A stretch of DNA of 64,000 nucleotides, taken from a virus. Its lineage: Duplodnaviria; Caudoviricetes. The position numbers and the translations under genes are program-made. The notes under the pieces were generated by a model. The model made no database searches. It was not told the DNA's origin and saw nothing but the letters and a program-made list of their open reading frames with translations. The stretch spans positions 18,833 through 82,832 of the IMG/VR virus record IMGVR_UViG_3300033148_005588; one strand, written 5' to 3'. Below are positions 8,355 to 19,003 of this stretch, one piece after another. The stretch's first letter is position 1. Each line of letters opens with the position of its first letter.

Positions 8355-8783
8355 TCAGTAAACCTCCTTTATGATTAAGGTGAATGGTTCCTCGTCCATA
8401 ACGCTGTGGAAGGCTCTGAGCGTTACCCTTGATAAGAGAACAGCCTTTTGTCCCCACAGCGTCCCTCTATACTTACCAAGCAAGGGGCATCCATAACTAT
8501 GCGCCTTGTAGCCTTTAGAAGTGTCCCCCGCAACATTGCCAGAGTGGATTCTTATACCAGTTCTATGTCCGGTTCCCAGCAGCAGATACAGCTTCCTTCT
8601 GAATCTCAAAGAGTGACAAAACATAACCTCATACTCTCCTGGGGGTATACAAGAAACATTCTTCCTGTTGTCTCTCCAAGGTAGCTCCATAGTGAAGCAC
8701 TCAAACCCTGCCGTGATGAGGCGGCCTTCTGTGCCTTGATCTCCTGTTGAAGTTCTTATTAGAAAGACTTTTCTCTTAGCCAT
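8355..8783 (-). CDS. DUF5675-family protein, putative endolysin/peptidase
   Basis: TMELPW..N....SCIPPGEY, IRIHSGN and HSYGCPLLG motifs. Confidence 0.75.
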   Translation of the reverse strand: MAKRKVFLIRTSTGDQGTEGRLITAGFECFTMELPWRDNRKNVSCIPPGEYEVMFCHSLRFRRKLYLLLGTGHRTGIRIHSGNVAGDTSKGYKAHSYGCPLLGKYRGTLWGQKAVLLSRVTLRAFHSVMDEEPFTLIIKEVY

Positions 8784-8813
8784 TACACAGAACCTTTCCT
8801 TCTTCTTCTGCTG

Positions 8814-9284
8814 CTAGTGTAATTGCACTGCTCTGCCATGCCTCTCTTCCCACAAAAATATAGCTTTATACATTAGCACTCTCCAATAGTTCTCTGCTGC
8901 CTCGCTCAGAGGCTGTCTATACCAATGAGCACCTCTAATAACATAAAGCAAGGGTTTGTTGTTCTCTAAGTAGCATATCCCTGCAATGTGGTGCTGTGGG
9001 GAGATAACTACAAAAACGACAGCTGCTCGTATGGAGGCATTTCTACTTGGATTAACAAAGACATACGCTCTGATATTTGGACTTCTGTTATTGCTGCCAG
9101 TGAAGATCAAATCCCAAGCATCTACCACTGTAAAGGGAGAGATGCTTGGCTCTTCTGGGTATGAGTCTGGAGATGCTCGTGTGGCTGAGCTAGTGCTGGC
9201 TACAAACGCTCCTAAAAGGAGAGAGATAGCCATTATGGCAGCCACAAGTAAAACCTTCTTTAAAAGAAACTCTTTACTCATCAT
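8814..9284 (-). CDS. Hypothetical protein with N-terminal signal/TM segment
   Basis: Hydrophobic N-terminus. Confidence 0.55.
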   Translation of the reverse strand: MMSKEFLLKKVLLVAAIMAISLLLGAFVASTSSATRASPDSYPEEPSISPFTVVDAWDLIFTGSNNRSPNIRAYVFVNPSRNASIRAAVVFVVISPQHHIAGICYLENNKPLLYVIRGAHWYRQPLSEAAENYWRVLMYKAIFLWEERHGRAVQLH

Positions 9285-9308
9285 TTGTGTTTTCTTTGAC
9301 CTCCTCTC

Positions 9309-9773
9309 TTATTTTTTCTTCTTTGGTTTTTGTGCTGGTGGTGGAGTGGCCTCTTCCTTCTTTATGTTAATGAACTTTGTGATAGAGCCCATGTCATCAG
9401 CACTCCATTTTCTAGCAGCACGCAACTCTTTTGCAGAGATGGTAACCTTGCTCACCCCGCTCATCTCAACCTCTGCTTCTAGCAGTTCATTTAGCTTCTC
9501 TTGGAACTTTTGTAGGTTTGCTGGATTCTGGTAAAAGGTGTACTCTCCTCTGTTGCCTATCTTGGGCTTGCCGCTTTCGTCTTTGTCACAGTATTTCTCT
9601 GCTAAAGCCTTTTTTGTGTCCTGGTAGGCTTTGAGAAACGGCTGCATCTGCTCTCGCTGCTGGTTAAGCTCAAGCGTGATGAGTATGTCATCAAACTCCG
9701 TCTTGTACAGTTTATCATAACCGCTATTCGTGGTTGTGACAGCTTCCAAATCTTGGTTTGTACACTTTATCAT
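9309..9773 (-). CDS. Conserved phage protein, possibly a tail-fibre chaperone
   Basis: KKALAEKYCDKDESGKPKI...ELLEAEVE pattern typical of ORFs following tail fibres. Confidence 0.5.
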   Translation of the reverse strand: MIKCTNQDLEAVTTTNSGYDKLYKTEFDDILITLELNQQREQMQPFLKAYQDTKKALAEKYCDKDESGKPKIGNRGEYTFYQNPANLQKFQEKLNELLEAEVEMSGVSKVTISAKELRAARKWSADDMGSITKFINIKKEEATPPPAQKPKKKK

Positions 9774-9821
9774 ATCTCAAAACTCCTCCTTCTTATGTAG
9801 ATTTTGGTTAAATCTCTTCTC

Positions 9822-10076
9822 TTATCTAGGAGAAAAAAGTTTCAACAAGGTTTCCACTTCTTCCAACTGAGCCAGCAGTGACCGCTTGCGGTTTTCTAAC
9901 TCTCTTTTTTCGTGCTGAATTCTTGTTGGCTGTAAAGCCTCTCCAGTCTCAGGATCAAACCGCTTCTGCTCCAGCACCAGAATTTCATCGGCGGTTACTG
10001 GTGCTGGCTCATTCTTCATCACCTCTACAACAGTCAGCAACCCTTCATTCAGTTTTTCTTGTAGTGTTTTCATCAT
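9822..10076 (-). CDS. Hypothetical protein
   Basis: ORF with SD. Confidence 0.6.
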   Translation of the reverse strand: MMKTLQEKLNEGLLTVVEVMKNEPAPVTADEILVLEQKRFDPETGEALQPTRIQHEKRELENRKRSLLAQLEEVETLLKLFSPR

Positions 10077-10419
10077 GTTTGTCTCCTATCAATAGCTTCT
10101 CTTTCATACTAGAAAGTCTCAGTCGCCTCTGTCTTTCCTCCACAAAAGCCTGCAAGTCAATGCCAGAGTTTCTGCCCATTACTTCAGCTACTACCTGAAC
10201 CCAGGCAGCCTCGTTTCTCATTTCTTCCTGAGCCTTCTCCACCCCAATTAAACGATTGTACAACTCCTGAATCATTAACATAGTTCGTTTTGGAGCGCAA
10301 TCTTCTATGTACTTTATTTCAGTGCTATTCTCTGGCTTCCATCCAGACCTGATATAATTAGGGCATTTTTCTTTGTACTTCTTCCAGAGATGACAATCTT
10401 TGTTGCATGTATTTTCCAT
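10045..10419 (-). CDS. Hypothetical Cys-containing protein
   Basis: ORF in the structural operon. Confidence 0.6.
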   Translation of the reverse strand: MENTCNKDCHLWKKYKEKCPNYIRSGWKPENSTEIKYIEDCAPKRTMLMIQELYNRLIGVEKAQEEMRNEAAWVQVVAEVMGRNSGIDLQAFVEERQRRLRLSSMKEKLLIGDKHDENTTRKTE

Positions 10420-10423
10420 TTCG

Positions 10424-10987
10424 CTAATCCTTTTTTACCATTATGCAGCAGTACGCTGCCGGACGCCAAGAACTACCATGATTGTGGGGTTGACCCCCGC
10501 CAGTAGACCCTATCTGACCCGTTAAAGTTGTGTATTGACTTTGGCCTTGGCTGGCAGCAATACTCTGAGCAGTGCCTTCAGAAGTTTTGAAGTCAATATA
10601 AGAATCGTGACCATGAGATGGCATTTCTGATATTGTCAGGGTATGATTAGGCTGTTGCCATGTCCCACTACTATGAACTGTACCACCAGTCTGCCCACCA
10701 GCAGCGCTACCTTTGGTTACATAGACAAGCTTATCATCTAGCGTGTTCTGAATTGTCCAGCCTGTTGGAGCAGTATTTTCATACAGCAACAAAGTTCTGC
10801 CTGTGGCAAAAAAATTGTTCACCTTATAGTCAATACTGTCTGTATCAACGGAACCATCAATGCCCAGCTTGGCTTCTAGTGCTTCAACTGCATCTTGAAC
10901 ATCATTTATGTCCGCAGCCATCACATTGTCTACGTTGTCTGTTTTATTTGTGAAAGAATCTAATGAAGTTGGATAGTTTGTTGCCAT
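10424..10987 (-). CDS. Short tail fibre / tail-collar-like protein
   Basis: APTGW and HTLTISEMPSHGH...GGGQPHNH metal-binding fibre-tip motifs. Confidence 0.7.
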   Translation of the reverse strand: MATNYPTSLDSFTNKTDNVDNVMAADINDVQDAVEALEAKLGIDGSVDTDSIDYKVNNFFATGRTLLLYENTAPTGWTIQNTLDDKLVYVTKGSAAGGQTGGTVHSSGTWQQPNHTLTISEMPSHGHDSYIDFKTSEGTAQSIAASQGQSQYTTLTGQIGSTGGGQPHNHGSSWRPAAYCCIMVKKD

Positions 10988-10988
10988 T

Positions 10989-11366
10989 TTATTTCTCCTT
11001 TTTCTCTAAGCTATTTAAGCTCTCTTGCTCACTGTTTATCTCTTTGGCTGTCTTGACGACAGCTTTCTGGATTATAGTGTCTTTTGTTGTTGAGTCTAAA
11101 GTTCTGACATCAATAACAGGAGGCACTCTCCCAATTGTAGCCAAATCTTCTTCAGATATTACCACATCATTATTGTCAGGATCGAGGGCTTTTTTTACTA
11201 CCTCATCTTTGGCCTGACGGATGCGATTGTAAATAGCGTTTGCTACCCACTCAATGTAATCATAGGTTATGTGGTTAAAGGCCTTTGCACCAGCAGAACC
11301 ACCAATTGCTAGAATAATGTCTTCAATCTTTTGAATTGCTTCTGATGGAAGTTTGTCTTTCATCAC
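10989..11366 (-). CDS. Hypothetical tail-region protein
   Basis: ORF, position. Confidence 0.55.
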   Translation of the reverse strand: MMKDKLPSEAIQKIEDIILAIGGSAGAKAFNHITYDYIEWVANAIYNRIRQAKDEVVKKALDPDNNDVVISEEDLATIGRVPPVIDVRTLDSTTKDTIIQKAVVKTAKEINSEQESLNSLEKKEK

Positions 11367-11377
11367 TTTATATCCTC

Positions 11378-14300
11378 CTAAGATAATTTATGTATGTCGA
11401 AGTAGGTAGCATCAGCACTAGCAACCAAAGTTTTTGAACTGCCACTATTTTGCCAAACCCAAAGTTCAACATAATCATTTGTTACAAGGTATATAACTGC
11501 TGCTGTTGAACAACTGGCGTTACCCTGAGTTCCCGACACAGAACTGTCACTTTGAGCAACTATCGTACCGTTTTTACGGAGTTGCGTCACGATAGCTTGA
11601 TCGGTTGTTGGAGAACTAAAACGTACTTTACCAATCAACAAGTAATAACCACCGCTATTAGTAGTAAAGCGATAGTTAGAAGCAATATCAAACTCATTCT
11701 GCTCATCATAATTCTTGGTATTAAGGGTAACTTTCGTGAGAGTATTATGTGATATAGACTGCCCTGTTCCGCTCTGATATGCCCTAGCTCTGGATTGTTT
11801 GGGGAGACTCAAGACACCATCATCATCCAAGTCAAAGGCTTCGACTCCTGCTACATCCATACGAATGTGGTCTTCATCTGTGCTTTTCTCTACATAAATT
11901 CTTGTGTCATTATCGTCGTCTCGGATTGTAACTTCCCACGTACCAGGAGTACCAGCAGAAGTACATCTTTTCAGATTGCCATTAACAACACATACATCAC
12001 CTACTTCTGCTGCTCCGGAAGGGTTGCTCGCTCTATTGTAAAAATGGAAATCTGCCACAGTTTGTTCGGCAGCAATATAAAAGGGAACATCATAAGCTGA
12101 ATGATGAATATAGGCCAATGCTCCAGAGCCATACTTAGTACCGTCGCCGTACTTGAAAGTGCCATATTTTCCTGTTGTAGCTCCTGTATCAAGAACAAGA
12201 CCATCAGAGGTGAGAATAATCTTCTTCCCCGACGTAGCCGTCCTGAAAGTGCCTCCGGTGATAATACTTCCGTCTATAGTGCTGCTGGTGATGGAGGCTG
12301 AAGTAATATTACTGGATACGCTGAGATTTCCGCTTGTATCCCAAGAAAAAACGTTTGCGCCAACGAACCATCCACTGCCGTCTATGTTTAATCTCATCCG
12401 TTGCATAGCACCTGAATACATCTGGATGCCGTCAGTTCCATTAAGCAGGATATATTCACCGCTGCTAGAGTCACCCAGCGTGAGCACTCCGTTTGTCAGG
12501 TCAGTGTAGACAGTGGCTCCGTTTTTTATTTGGACTGCTGTGGGGCTTACCTTCACATGCTCCCCGGCCTGCAGCCCAACATACAAATTGCTACCGTCAA
12601 ATTCAAACTCAGGAGTACTGGAACCGCCTAGCTTAAATGTGCCATCATTCAGGTTGAGCATTGAGCCTGCGCTGGCAGCATAATTGTCCGATTGGATAAT
12701 GCCGGTGCGTATTCTGTTTCCGCTTATGCGTGTGCCCCTGTTGCCTGCGGGGTAGAGATAAAGGGCTTTTACCTCTGAGGGTGTGAGTGTCTCTGTATAA
12801 AAACGGCACTCATCAATATTACCAACGAACTGCCACCCTGATGCCAACCTGTAATGACCACCGATTTTAACTGAGTAAGTATCAAGCAGGATATCCGAGG
12901 TGTTTTGAAAAACGCCACCATCGGCTTCCTCCCCGTTTATGTAGACTCTGTACCAGCCTGAAGTATCCCGTGTTAGCACAATAAAGGAGTATTCGTTTAG
13001 ATTGATTGTATCTGTTGTTTTGTGGTTTATAGTCCAGTCTATCCCATCTGTGCTGGCAACAATCCAGATTTTTTCACTGGAATCTAAAGCGAAACTAAGT
13101 GCATTGTGATTCGTTGTACCTATACCCAAAATAGTCTGACCATCTGATGGAGAGGCAGTTGGATTGACCCATACACAGATGCTAAACGGTTTAGCAGAGA
13201 CATCCTGTATATCAAAGACGGAATCAGATGCTATTTGCACATACTCATCAGTCCCCCCAAATTCCAAACACTTTCCAACAACACCGTCAACCCAGTCAGC
13301 CTCTTCCATATTTTGGAGAGTGCCATCATTTCCATTTCCTGAGCTGTCAACCGCCACTGTGCCCGTACCATCATCAAAGCTCCAATACCCAACCAAGTTT
13401 TCATCACTGGGCAAATCGGCAAACGCCCCCACTCCTATGTCCACTGTGCCGGCAATGTTAACGTTGCCAGAGGGATCGGCCTGGAACACTTTGTTATTGC
13501 TAGAGTCGGCAATGAACAGCCCATCCGTGCTGTTCCACTCTATGCGCTCTGTGGAAGAAGTATCCCCTGCCCAAAAGGCCCCCGCTGTAGACAGCTCCAA
13601 GTGGCTTGTGGTGTTGGTGCGCAATTTGATTGTTCCGGCGGTGATCTGGATGTTGCTCTTAGAAACAGCCACCTCACCCAGCGTCCATACGCTGCTGCTC
13701 AGTTGTGCCTGCACCACATCTCCACTATCAAAAAACCTGATGCCATTGCTAGGGTCAATGGTAATGTAGTCAGCGGCGGAGTATTTCCCAAAAGCAGCTC
13801 CATAGGTATCACTACCATACCCATACAAGCCGTTCAGATTGCCCACTGCCCATACTTCTGTCCAATCGTTATATGTGCTACTGTTTCTGACGTTGCCTAC
13901 TATGGTTGGGCCGTACTGAGAGGAAGACTTTACTCCCCTGACTGAGTAGATGTCTATAAATCCGTCTCCCGTAGTGCCAGTGTTTAGCACTGCATCCCCT
14001 GCATACCACTGGTTGGCTCCTGAGCCGTCTAAGTTTCTGGTGACTGTGTAAGAGTAAGGGCCGGAGCCACCAGGAGCTGAGTCAATACTCATAAACTCCA
14101 CTTTGCCGTTTGATTCCAAGTAAACCCTGTCTCCGTTGGCTAGATTGTTGTGCTTTACGTAGATGGTGGTATCCCCAGTGCCCAAATCGCTTGTTAGCTC
14201 TGTGGTAGGGGCCACAAGTATCCTACCGCCAATAGTAGCCATCGTGTCTTGAGCAACCAGGGTCTCAACCCACAATTCTGCTGCGTGCAGGGTGAGGAAC

Positions 14301-17300
14301 TTCTTGGTCAGCAGGCCAAGATTTATATCGTAGTTAGTGTTTGGGTATACATCGTTGCCAGTGGGGTTGAGGATAAAATCTCCAGTGGGAGCCAGGGTCA
14401 AAGTTCCGTTTGAGCCTACTGTAAAACTAGCATAGCTGGAATTGTCATACTCCAATCTCAACTGTTCTGAGGTGGAGAGGACTTGTAGCTTGCCTGCGTT
14501 GTCTGTAGTAGTGCCGATGAGGACGTTGCCAGCGTTTTTTATCGCCATTACAGCATTCTGCCCACCCAAAACAATGTCACTTGAAATTGCACGAATTTGA
14601 AGCGGAGTAGTACCTTGTGATTCAATTAGTGAATTATTACTTCCAACGCCAAACCTATCAAAATCCCTAGTAAAGAAAAGATCGCCACTAGCCGAGTTAA
14701 TGATAAAACTGTTACTCCTTATCTGCCCTATCACATCCAATGGTTTCGATGGGCTCGTCCCAATCCCCAATCTACCATTCTGCATATCCATAGTGATCTT
14801 GGTATTTGGGGAGCCGGAGTTGTAGTCCTGGAAGTAGATTTTGTCTTCTGCTCTGAGGTAAATGTCTGAGGTGTTTGCTGTGCCTTTAGCATCAATGTAC
14901 AGATTGCCTGCAGCTCTGTTTCTTATGTAACTATTTCCTGCGTTATCCAACCAAAAGGCTAGCCCTAATGTATCGGTTGTACTATAGCTATCATTACCAA
15001 TCATTAAAGCATAAGGATTGCCATCGTCCTGAGTTATTTTGAGTAGAATACTGTTACTTGTTCCGCCGTCTTCAATTTCCACATTGGCCTGGGGAGTGGT
15101 GGTGTTAACACCGATCTCTGATGTAAACAGCGCATAACTACCCAAATCAACATCCTTAACTGCCCCGTCATAGGGTACAAAGATACTGCGGAATACTTCA
15201 CTATTGGCAGGAATATCCCACCTGGAGCCTGTACTGCCCCGATAGTAAATACGCACAGTGGGGGCATTACCGCTGCCTGTCACTGAGGCATACAGTTTAC
15301 CTACAATCCTGGAACCACTATCAGGCTCATAGTCTGAAGTGAGCACTAGGGGTATAACAAAAGTGTCTTTGCTGTCAACTTCATTGCTAATGGAAGATGT
15401 TGCTATCAGTGTCTCTGATGTATCCGATTTTCTCTCGTACATCTTCCAGTACAGTTTCAGAGTTTTTGTGCCCGTGGTTTTTTCTGCCGTAAGATAAAAA
15501 TTGAAATCACCAGTCAAGAGCACATTTGGTGATTCTCCAACAGGAGAAATCCAACCACCAATATAATCCTCATCACTTAAGCCGGCAGACTCCAAATAAG
15601 TCTCTGCATCGCCTGATGGTGTTAGAGAGCATAGCTTGTAATCCTCAACACCAGAGGCAGTATCCAACATATAGTAAGAAGCCCCAAGGCTAGTGACAGA
15701 AAGGTCAACGTACTCCTTGGTGGCTAATTGCTGCAAGCTTCCAGCGGTGTCAACAGTGGCATCTGATGTCAGTTCAGCACCGTCCCAGCTCAGGGTAGCC
15801 GCTCCTCCTGTGGTTCTATCCAAAATCAATTGAACAGTAACATCATCAGCATCATCGTTGATAGTGAAGGTGTTGGCAATGGTAGTCGCTATATCTGAAC
15901 TGCCAATAAAATGGCCTGTTATAGTAAGATCAGTACCATCCCATTTTAGATACTTATCATTTGGATTACCAATATGTAATTTATAGGTTCCGCTGTCATT
16001 CCCCATCCAGATTCCTGTACCTGTCATATACCCCGTAGCCGAGCCCATCTCTATGGCAGGGGTTGAAGAGTCCAAAGTGATGTTACCAGCTGTGAGAGAG
16101 TTTGTATCAAAGTTCCATCCTGCAATCACAGCATCAGTGTTTCTAATCCTGAAGACAATATTACCAAAGGCATCTTTGCCCTCTAGGCCATACTCATTTG
16201 TGTCCAGCTTGCCCATCTTAATGCGGTCAATGTCATTCTCGTGTAGCTTTATCACCGGGACGCTTGGGTCTAGCATTATGTACTGGGTATCGCTTCCAGA
16301 AGAGGCCACTTTCAGCTTTCCCGGCAGTACATTAGGTGCATGGCCAGAAGAGACAGTTCCAGAGGGACCAACTACCACAGGAGACCACGTGCCGGTGCTT
16401 GTGTCCGTAGAGGGAGTTATAGAAGAAGGAGACAGGTCGTCCCAATCATCAAGAGCATACTTGAAAGATGTAAGCGAAAACTCCAAAGACAAGTCTTGGC
16501 GTATTCTGACCTGGTCAACTCTTGCGCTAAAGCTTGAACCGTAGAAGCTGTCGTCCACAGTAATAATGTCCTCTGGCTGGTAGACCAAAAGATCATCTCT
16601 GCCTGTGAAAGAGATGCGAGCTTCTGCTCCATATTTGCGCTGGAAGAAGAGCTGTCCCAACTTCTGTGCATGGATGGAGTTTGAAACAAGGGGACAGTAC
16701 AAAATCTCATAAGAGGGATAGTCTGTGCTGCTTTTTGTAGCAACAACAGTCTCCACCAGAGTTTCCTGAGAGGAGCCGGATGGCCTCCATGCCACATGTC
16801 CCGAGTCATAGACTATGTTCTGGTAAGGGGTTTTACGGAATGTTGAGCCCCCTTGCTCATTTCTGCTCCGTACACAGCCACTAGTCAGAGTGCCGCTGCT
16901 TGCCTTGCTCAATAAGTGTAGCTCTATTTTGTCGGTAAAGCGCAGTGTGCAATGAGACATACTCAGAAGCTCTGAGATTAGCCTGCTTCTGTCTTGCTTG
17001 TAAAACAAAGCTCCTTGTAAGCTCAAACTCCAAGAATTGGTATGAATATCCTTTACATATTCAAAAGAGCTTATAGCCTTTACCACAATATTGTCCCATT
17101 TGCTCCAGCCACTTGCTGGGTGTCCATCTTGACAAACTACATAAACAGTGCTAGCTGTTGGAGTGAAGTAAAAAGTGTGAGTGCCTGCTGAAGTTATACT
17201 TTCTTGCACAAGGTCTCCTGTATACAGAGAATCGCCAGAAGGCGAGCTTGTCCCTATACTAAAGTACATATTCGACATGGCACTAGCGGAATCCAGCTTC

Positions 17301-19003
17301 ACCTGCACCTTGTGCTTTTTGCCTGGCAGAACAGGGATAGCTTGATATCCCTTGAGCCATATGCTGGAGCCTGAATCTTGGGTAAGTTTCATTGTGCCAC
17401 TATCATAGGCCAGCGTGCCCACACTTCCTACTTTAGTCCATCCACTAACATCTGAATCAAAAGAGCCGTTTGTGACTAGCTCATTAGTCAAATAGCCTGT
17501 GTCTAGCAGATTGGAGGGCACCCCCATGTCTTCCAGCACATATTCCAAGATGTCAGATGGAGAGGTTGTTTGTTGCAGATCGCTTCTGTAGAACTCAGTG
17601 TTTATATCAAGAAAGGTATCCCCGGAAGGGAACAAACCTACAGAATCAGCCGTACCATCATCATCTGAGTCTGCTATTATGGGTTGGAAGACCTTGTAGC
17701 TTTCTCCTAAGAGAGTCTTGTTTGCTGTGGAGAAAGTGTAGCTGTTGTCCCAAGTAGCCTTATTAGCCCAGTATCTTGGTGTTTGCACCTCGCTTATTGT
17801 ATATGTAGGAGAGGCTGGCCCAAGCAGATAGTACCTTTGGTCGTCAATGAGCAAGCATCTAGTGGGTATATAAACAGTACCAAAAGGCACCGGAACGCAC
17901 ACATTGTCATTGGGGACGTATTCGTCCGCTGGTGACAAACTCTTAACAAGAGGCGTATTGGGGTAGTCTCCCTCAAGGTGGATACTGAGACAATCTTCAC
18001 ACTCAAAGTCCAGAACAGATTGAACTTCTTTAACAGAGTTAGTTCTAAACATCCAAGTAGTAAGAGTACGCTCGTTTGTCCAATCGGTTGCTACCAAGTC
18101 AACTTGCACCATCTTGTTCTCAAAAGCAGAAGGAGACAAAGAATCGTCGTCGTTGCTCACTTGGAAGCTCAGCTGGCTGTAGCCAATAGCTCTCCCCTCA
18201 ACCATAGAGCGCTGTATCCTGATCCCCTCAAAGCCAGAAGGAATAACTCGTCGCTCGTAGGTCTTTCCTCCGTATGTGCACTCCTTAGTTGACCATCTGT
18301 AGGCCGTACCACTAATTATCTTCAAAGCTTCTATGTAGCCGCTGACAGCAAGAGCGTGACCAGAATTATAGCTGTTAATAGCAAACAGATATCTGAAGTC
18401 TTTCTTGGATGAGTGCAGGGCGAGAGAAAGCGTAGAGCCGTGTTGGGCGGACATCTCCTCGTCTGTATAGATAGCTGCGTACAGAGTCCCATAAGTGCCT
18501 ACTGACTCGTCCCTCCATACTCTCACATAGTAGTCGGTGTCATAGGAGATTTGATTGCTGGCGTCAGCGTATTCTGTGCCACCATCTAATTCCAGCAAAC
18601 GGAAAACTGGCGTACCACCATTTTCGTGAAACTCAAACCCTGCTCCATCGTGGCCAGCACTAGCAGCTATAAGATTGTACCAGTCATCAATTACATTCTG
18701 CAGCGAGGCTAAGACAGCAACAGAGTTTGTGTCTGCCCCGCTCTTTATTCTTACCTTGAAAGTGAGATCAAAGTCTGCAGAAAAATATCCAGCACCAAAG
18801 TCTTTGTAAACTCGTGCATCTTCATTGCGACCCAAAGAAGCAAAGTCCACTCTGTTGGCACAAACGGTTATGTGGCTGTTTGGATCTGTCTCTGTATAGT
18901 CATCAAAGTTTTGGTGATCGTAGCCTGGAACAGTAAACAGCCAACTAACTTTCTTAGCATCAGCGCCCAGTATTGACTGTTTAATGGAATCCAGAGTAAG
19001 CAT
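11378..19003 (-). CDS. Large tail tip/central fibre protein (2541 aa) with CBM-like, LamG-like and C1q-like domains
   Basis: Follows the distal tail gene; NELVTNGSFDSDVSGW (CBM-like), GIGT fibre repeats, LVGYWSFDDGTG (LamG), C-terminal C1q/TNF-like beta domain. Confidence 0.85.
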   Translation of the reverse strand: MLTLDSIKQSILGADAKKVSWLFTVPGYDHQNFDDYTETDPNSHITVCANRVDFASLGRNEDARVYKDFGAGYFSADFDLTFKVRIKSGADTNSVAVLASLQNVIDDWYNLIAASAGHDGAGFEFHENGGTPVFRLLELDGGTEYADASNQISYDTDYYVRVWRDESVGTYGTLYAAIYTDEEMSAQHGSTLSLALHSSKKDFRYLFAINSYNSGHALAVSGYIEALKIISGTAYRWSTKECTYGGKTYERRVIPSGFEGIRIQRSMVEGRAIGYSQLSFQVSNDDDSLSPSAFENKMVQVDLVATDWTNERTLTTWMFRTNSVKEVQSVLDFECEDCLSIHLEGDYPNTPLVKSLSPADEYVPNDNVCVPVPFGTVYIPTRCLLIDDQRYYLLGPASPTYTISEVQTPRYWANKATWDNSYTFSTANKTLLGESYKVFQPIIADSDDDGTADSVGLFPSGDTFLDINTEFYRSDLQQTTSPSDILEYVLEDMGVPSNLLDTGYLTNELVTNGSFDSDVSGWTKVGSVGTLAYDSGTMKLTQDSGSSIWLKGYQAIPVLPGKKHKVQVKLDSASAMSNMYFSIGTSSPSGDSLYTGDLVQESITSAGTHTFYFTPTASTVYVVCQDGHPASGWSKWDNIVVKAISSFEYVKDIHTNSWSLSLQGALFYKQDRSRLISELLSMSHCTLRFTDKIELHLLSKASSGTLTSGCVRSRNEQGGSTFRKTPYQNIVYDSGHVAWRPSGSSQETLVETVVATKSSTDYPSYEILYCPLVSNSIHAQKLGQLFFQRKYGAEARISFTGRDDLLVYQPEDIITVDDSFYGSSFSARVDQVRIRQDLSLEFSLTSFKYALDDWDDLSPSSITPSTDTSTGTWSPVVVGPSGTVSSGHAPNVLPGKLKVASSGSDTQYIMLDPSVPVIKLHENDIDRIKMGKLDTNEYGLEGKDAFGNIVFRIRNTDAVIAGWNFDTNSLTAGNITLDSSTPAIEMGSATGYMTGTGIWMGNDSGTYKLHIGNPNDKYLKWDGTDLTITGHFIGSSDIATTIANTFTINDDADDVTVQLILDRTTGGAATLSWDGAELTSDATVDTAGSLQQLATKEYVDLSVTSLGASYYMLDTASGVEDYKLCSLTPSGDAETYLESAGLSDEDYIGGWISPVGESPNVLLTGDFNFYLTAEKTTGTKTLKLYWKMYERKSDTSETLIATSSISNEVDSKDTFVIPLVLTSDYEPDSGSRIVGKLYASVTGSGNAPTVRIYYRGSTGSRWDIPANSEVFRSIFVPYDGAVKDVDLGSYALFTSEIGVNTTTPQANVEIEDGGTSNSILLKITQDDGNPYALMIGNDSYSTTDTLGLAFWLDNAGNSYIRNRAAGNLYIDAKGTANTSDIYLRAEDKIYFQDYNSGSPNTKITMDMQNGRLGIGTSPSKPLDVIGQIRSNSFIINSASGDLFFTRDFDRFGVGSNNSLIESQGTTPLQIRAISSDIVLGGQNAVMAIKNAGNVLIGTTTDNAGKLQVLSTSEQLRLEYDNSSYASFTVGSNGTLTLAPTGDFILNPTGNDVYPNTNYDINLGLLTKKFLTLHAAELWVETLVAQDTMATIGGRILVAPTTELTSDLGTGDTTIYVKHNNLANGDRVYLESNGKVEFMSIDSAPGGSGPYSYTVTRNLDGSGANQWYAGDAVLNTGTTGDGFIDIYSVRGVKSSSQYGPTIVGNVRNSSTYNDWTEVWAVGNLNGLYGYGSDTYGAAFGKYSAADYITIDPSNGIRFFDSGDVVQAQLSSSVWTLGEVAVSKSNIQITAGTIKLRTNTTSHLELSTAGAFWAGDTSSTERIEWNSTDGLFIADSSNNKVFQADPSGNVNIAGTVDIGVGAFADLPSDENLVGYWSFDDGTGTVAVDSSGNGNDGTLQNMEEADWVDGVVGKCLEFGGTDEYVQIASDSVFDIQDVSAKPFSICVWVNPTASPSDGQTILGIGTTNHNALSFALDSSEKIWIVASTDGIDWTINHKTTDTINLNEYSFIVLTRDTSGWYRVYINGEEADGGVFQNTSDILLDTYSVKIGGHYRLASGWQFVGNIDECRFYTETLTPSEVKALYLYPAGNRGTRISGNRIRTGIIQSDNYAASAGSMLNLNDGTFKLGGSSTPEFEFDGSNLYVGLQAGEHVKVSPTAVQIKNGATVYTDLTNGVLTLGDSSSGEYILLNGTDGIQMYSGAMQRMRLNIDGSGWFVGANVFSWDTSGNLSVSSNITSASITSSTIDGSIITGGTFRTATSGKKIILTSDGLVLDTGATTGKYGTFKYGDGTKYGSGALAYIHHSAYDVPFYIAAEQTVADFHFYNRASNPSGAAEVGDVCVVNGNLKRCTSAGTPGTWEVTIRDDDNDTRIYVEKSTDEDHIRMDVAGVEAFDLDDDGVLSLPKQSRARAYQSGTGQSISHNTLTKVTLNTKNYDEQNEFDIASNYRFTTNSGGYYLLIGKVRFSSPTTDQAIVTQLRKNGTIVAQSDSSVSGTQGNASCSTAAVIYLVTNDYVELWVWQNSGSSKTLVASADATYFDIHKLS

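Noticed and set aside
11378-14000. Diversity-generating retroelement targeting the tail fibre
   Set aside because: No reverse transcriptase and no VR/TR repeat pair with adenine-specific mismatches noticed in the window
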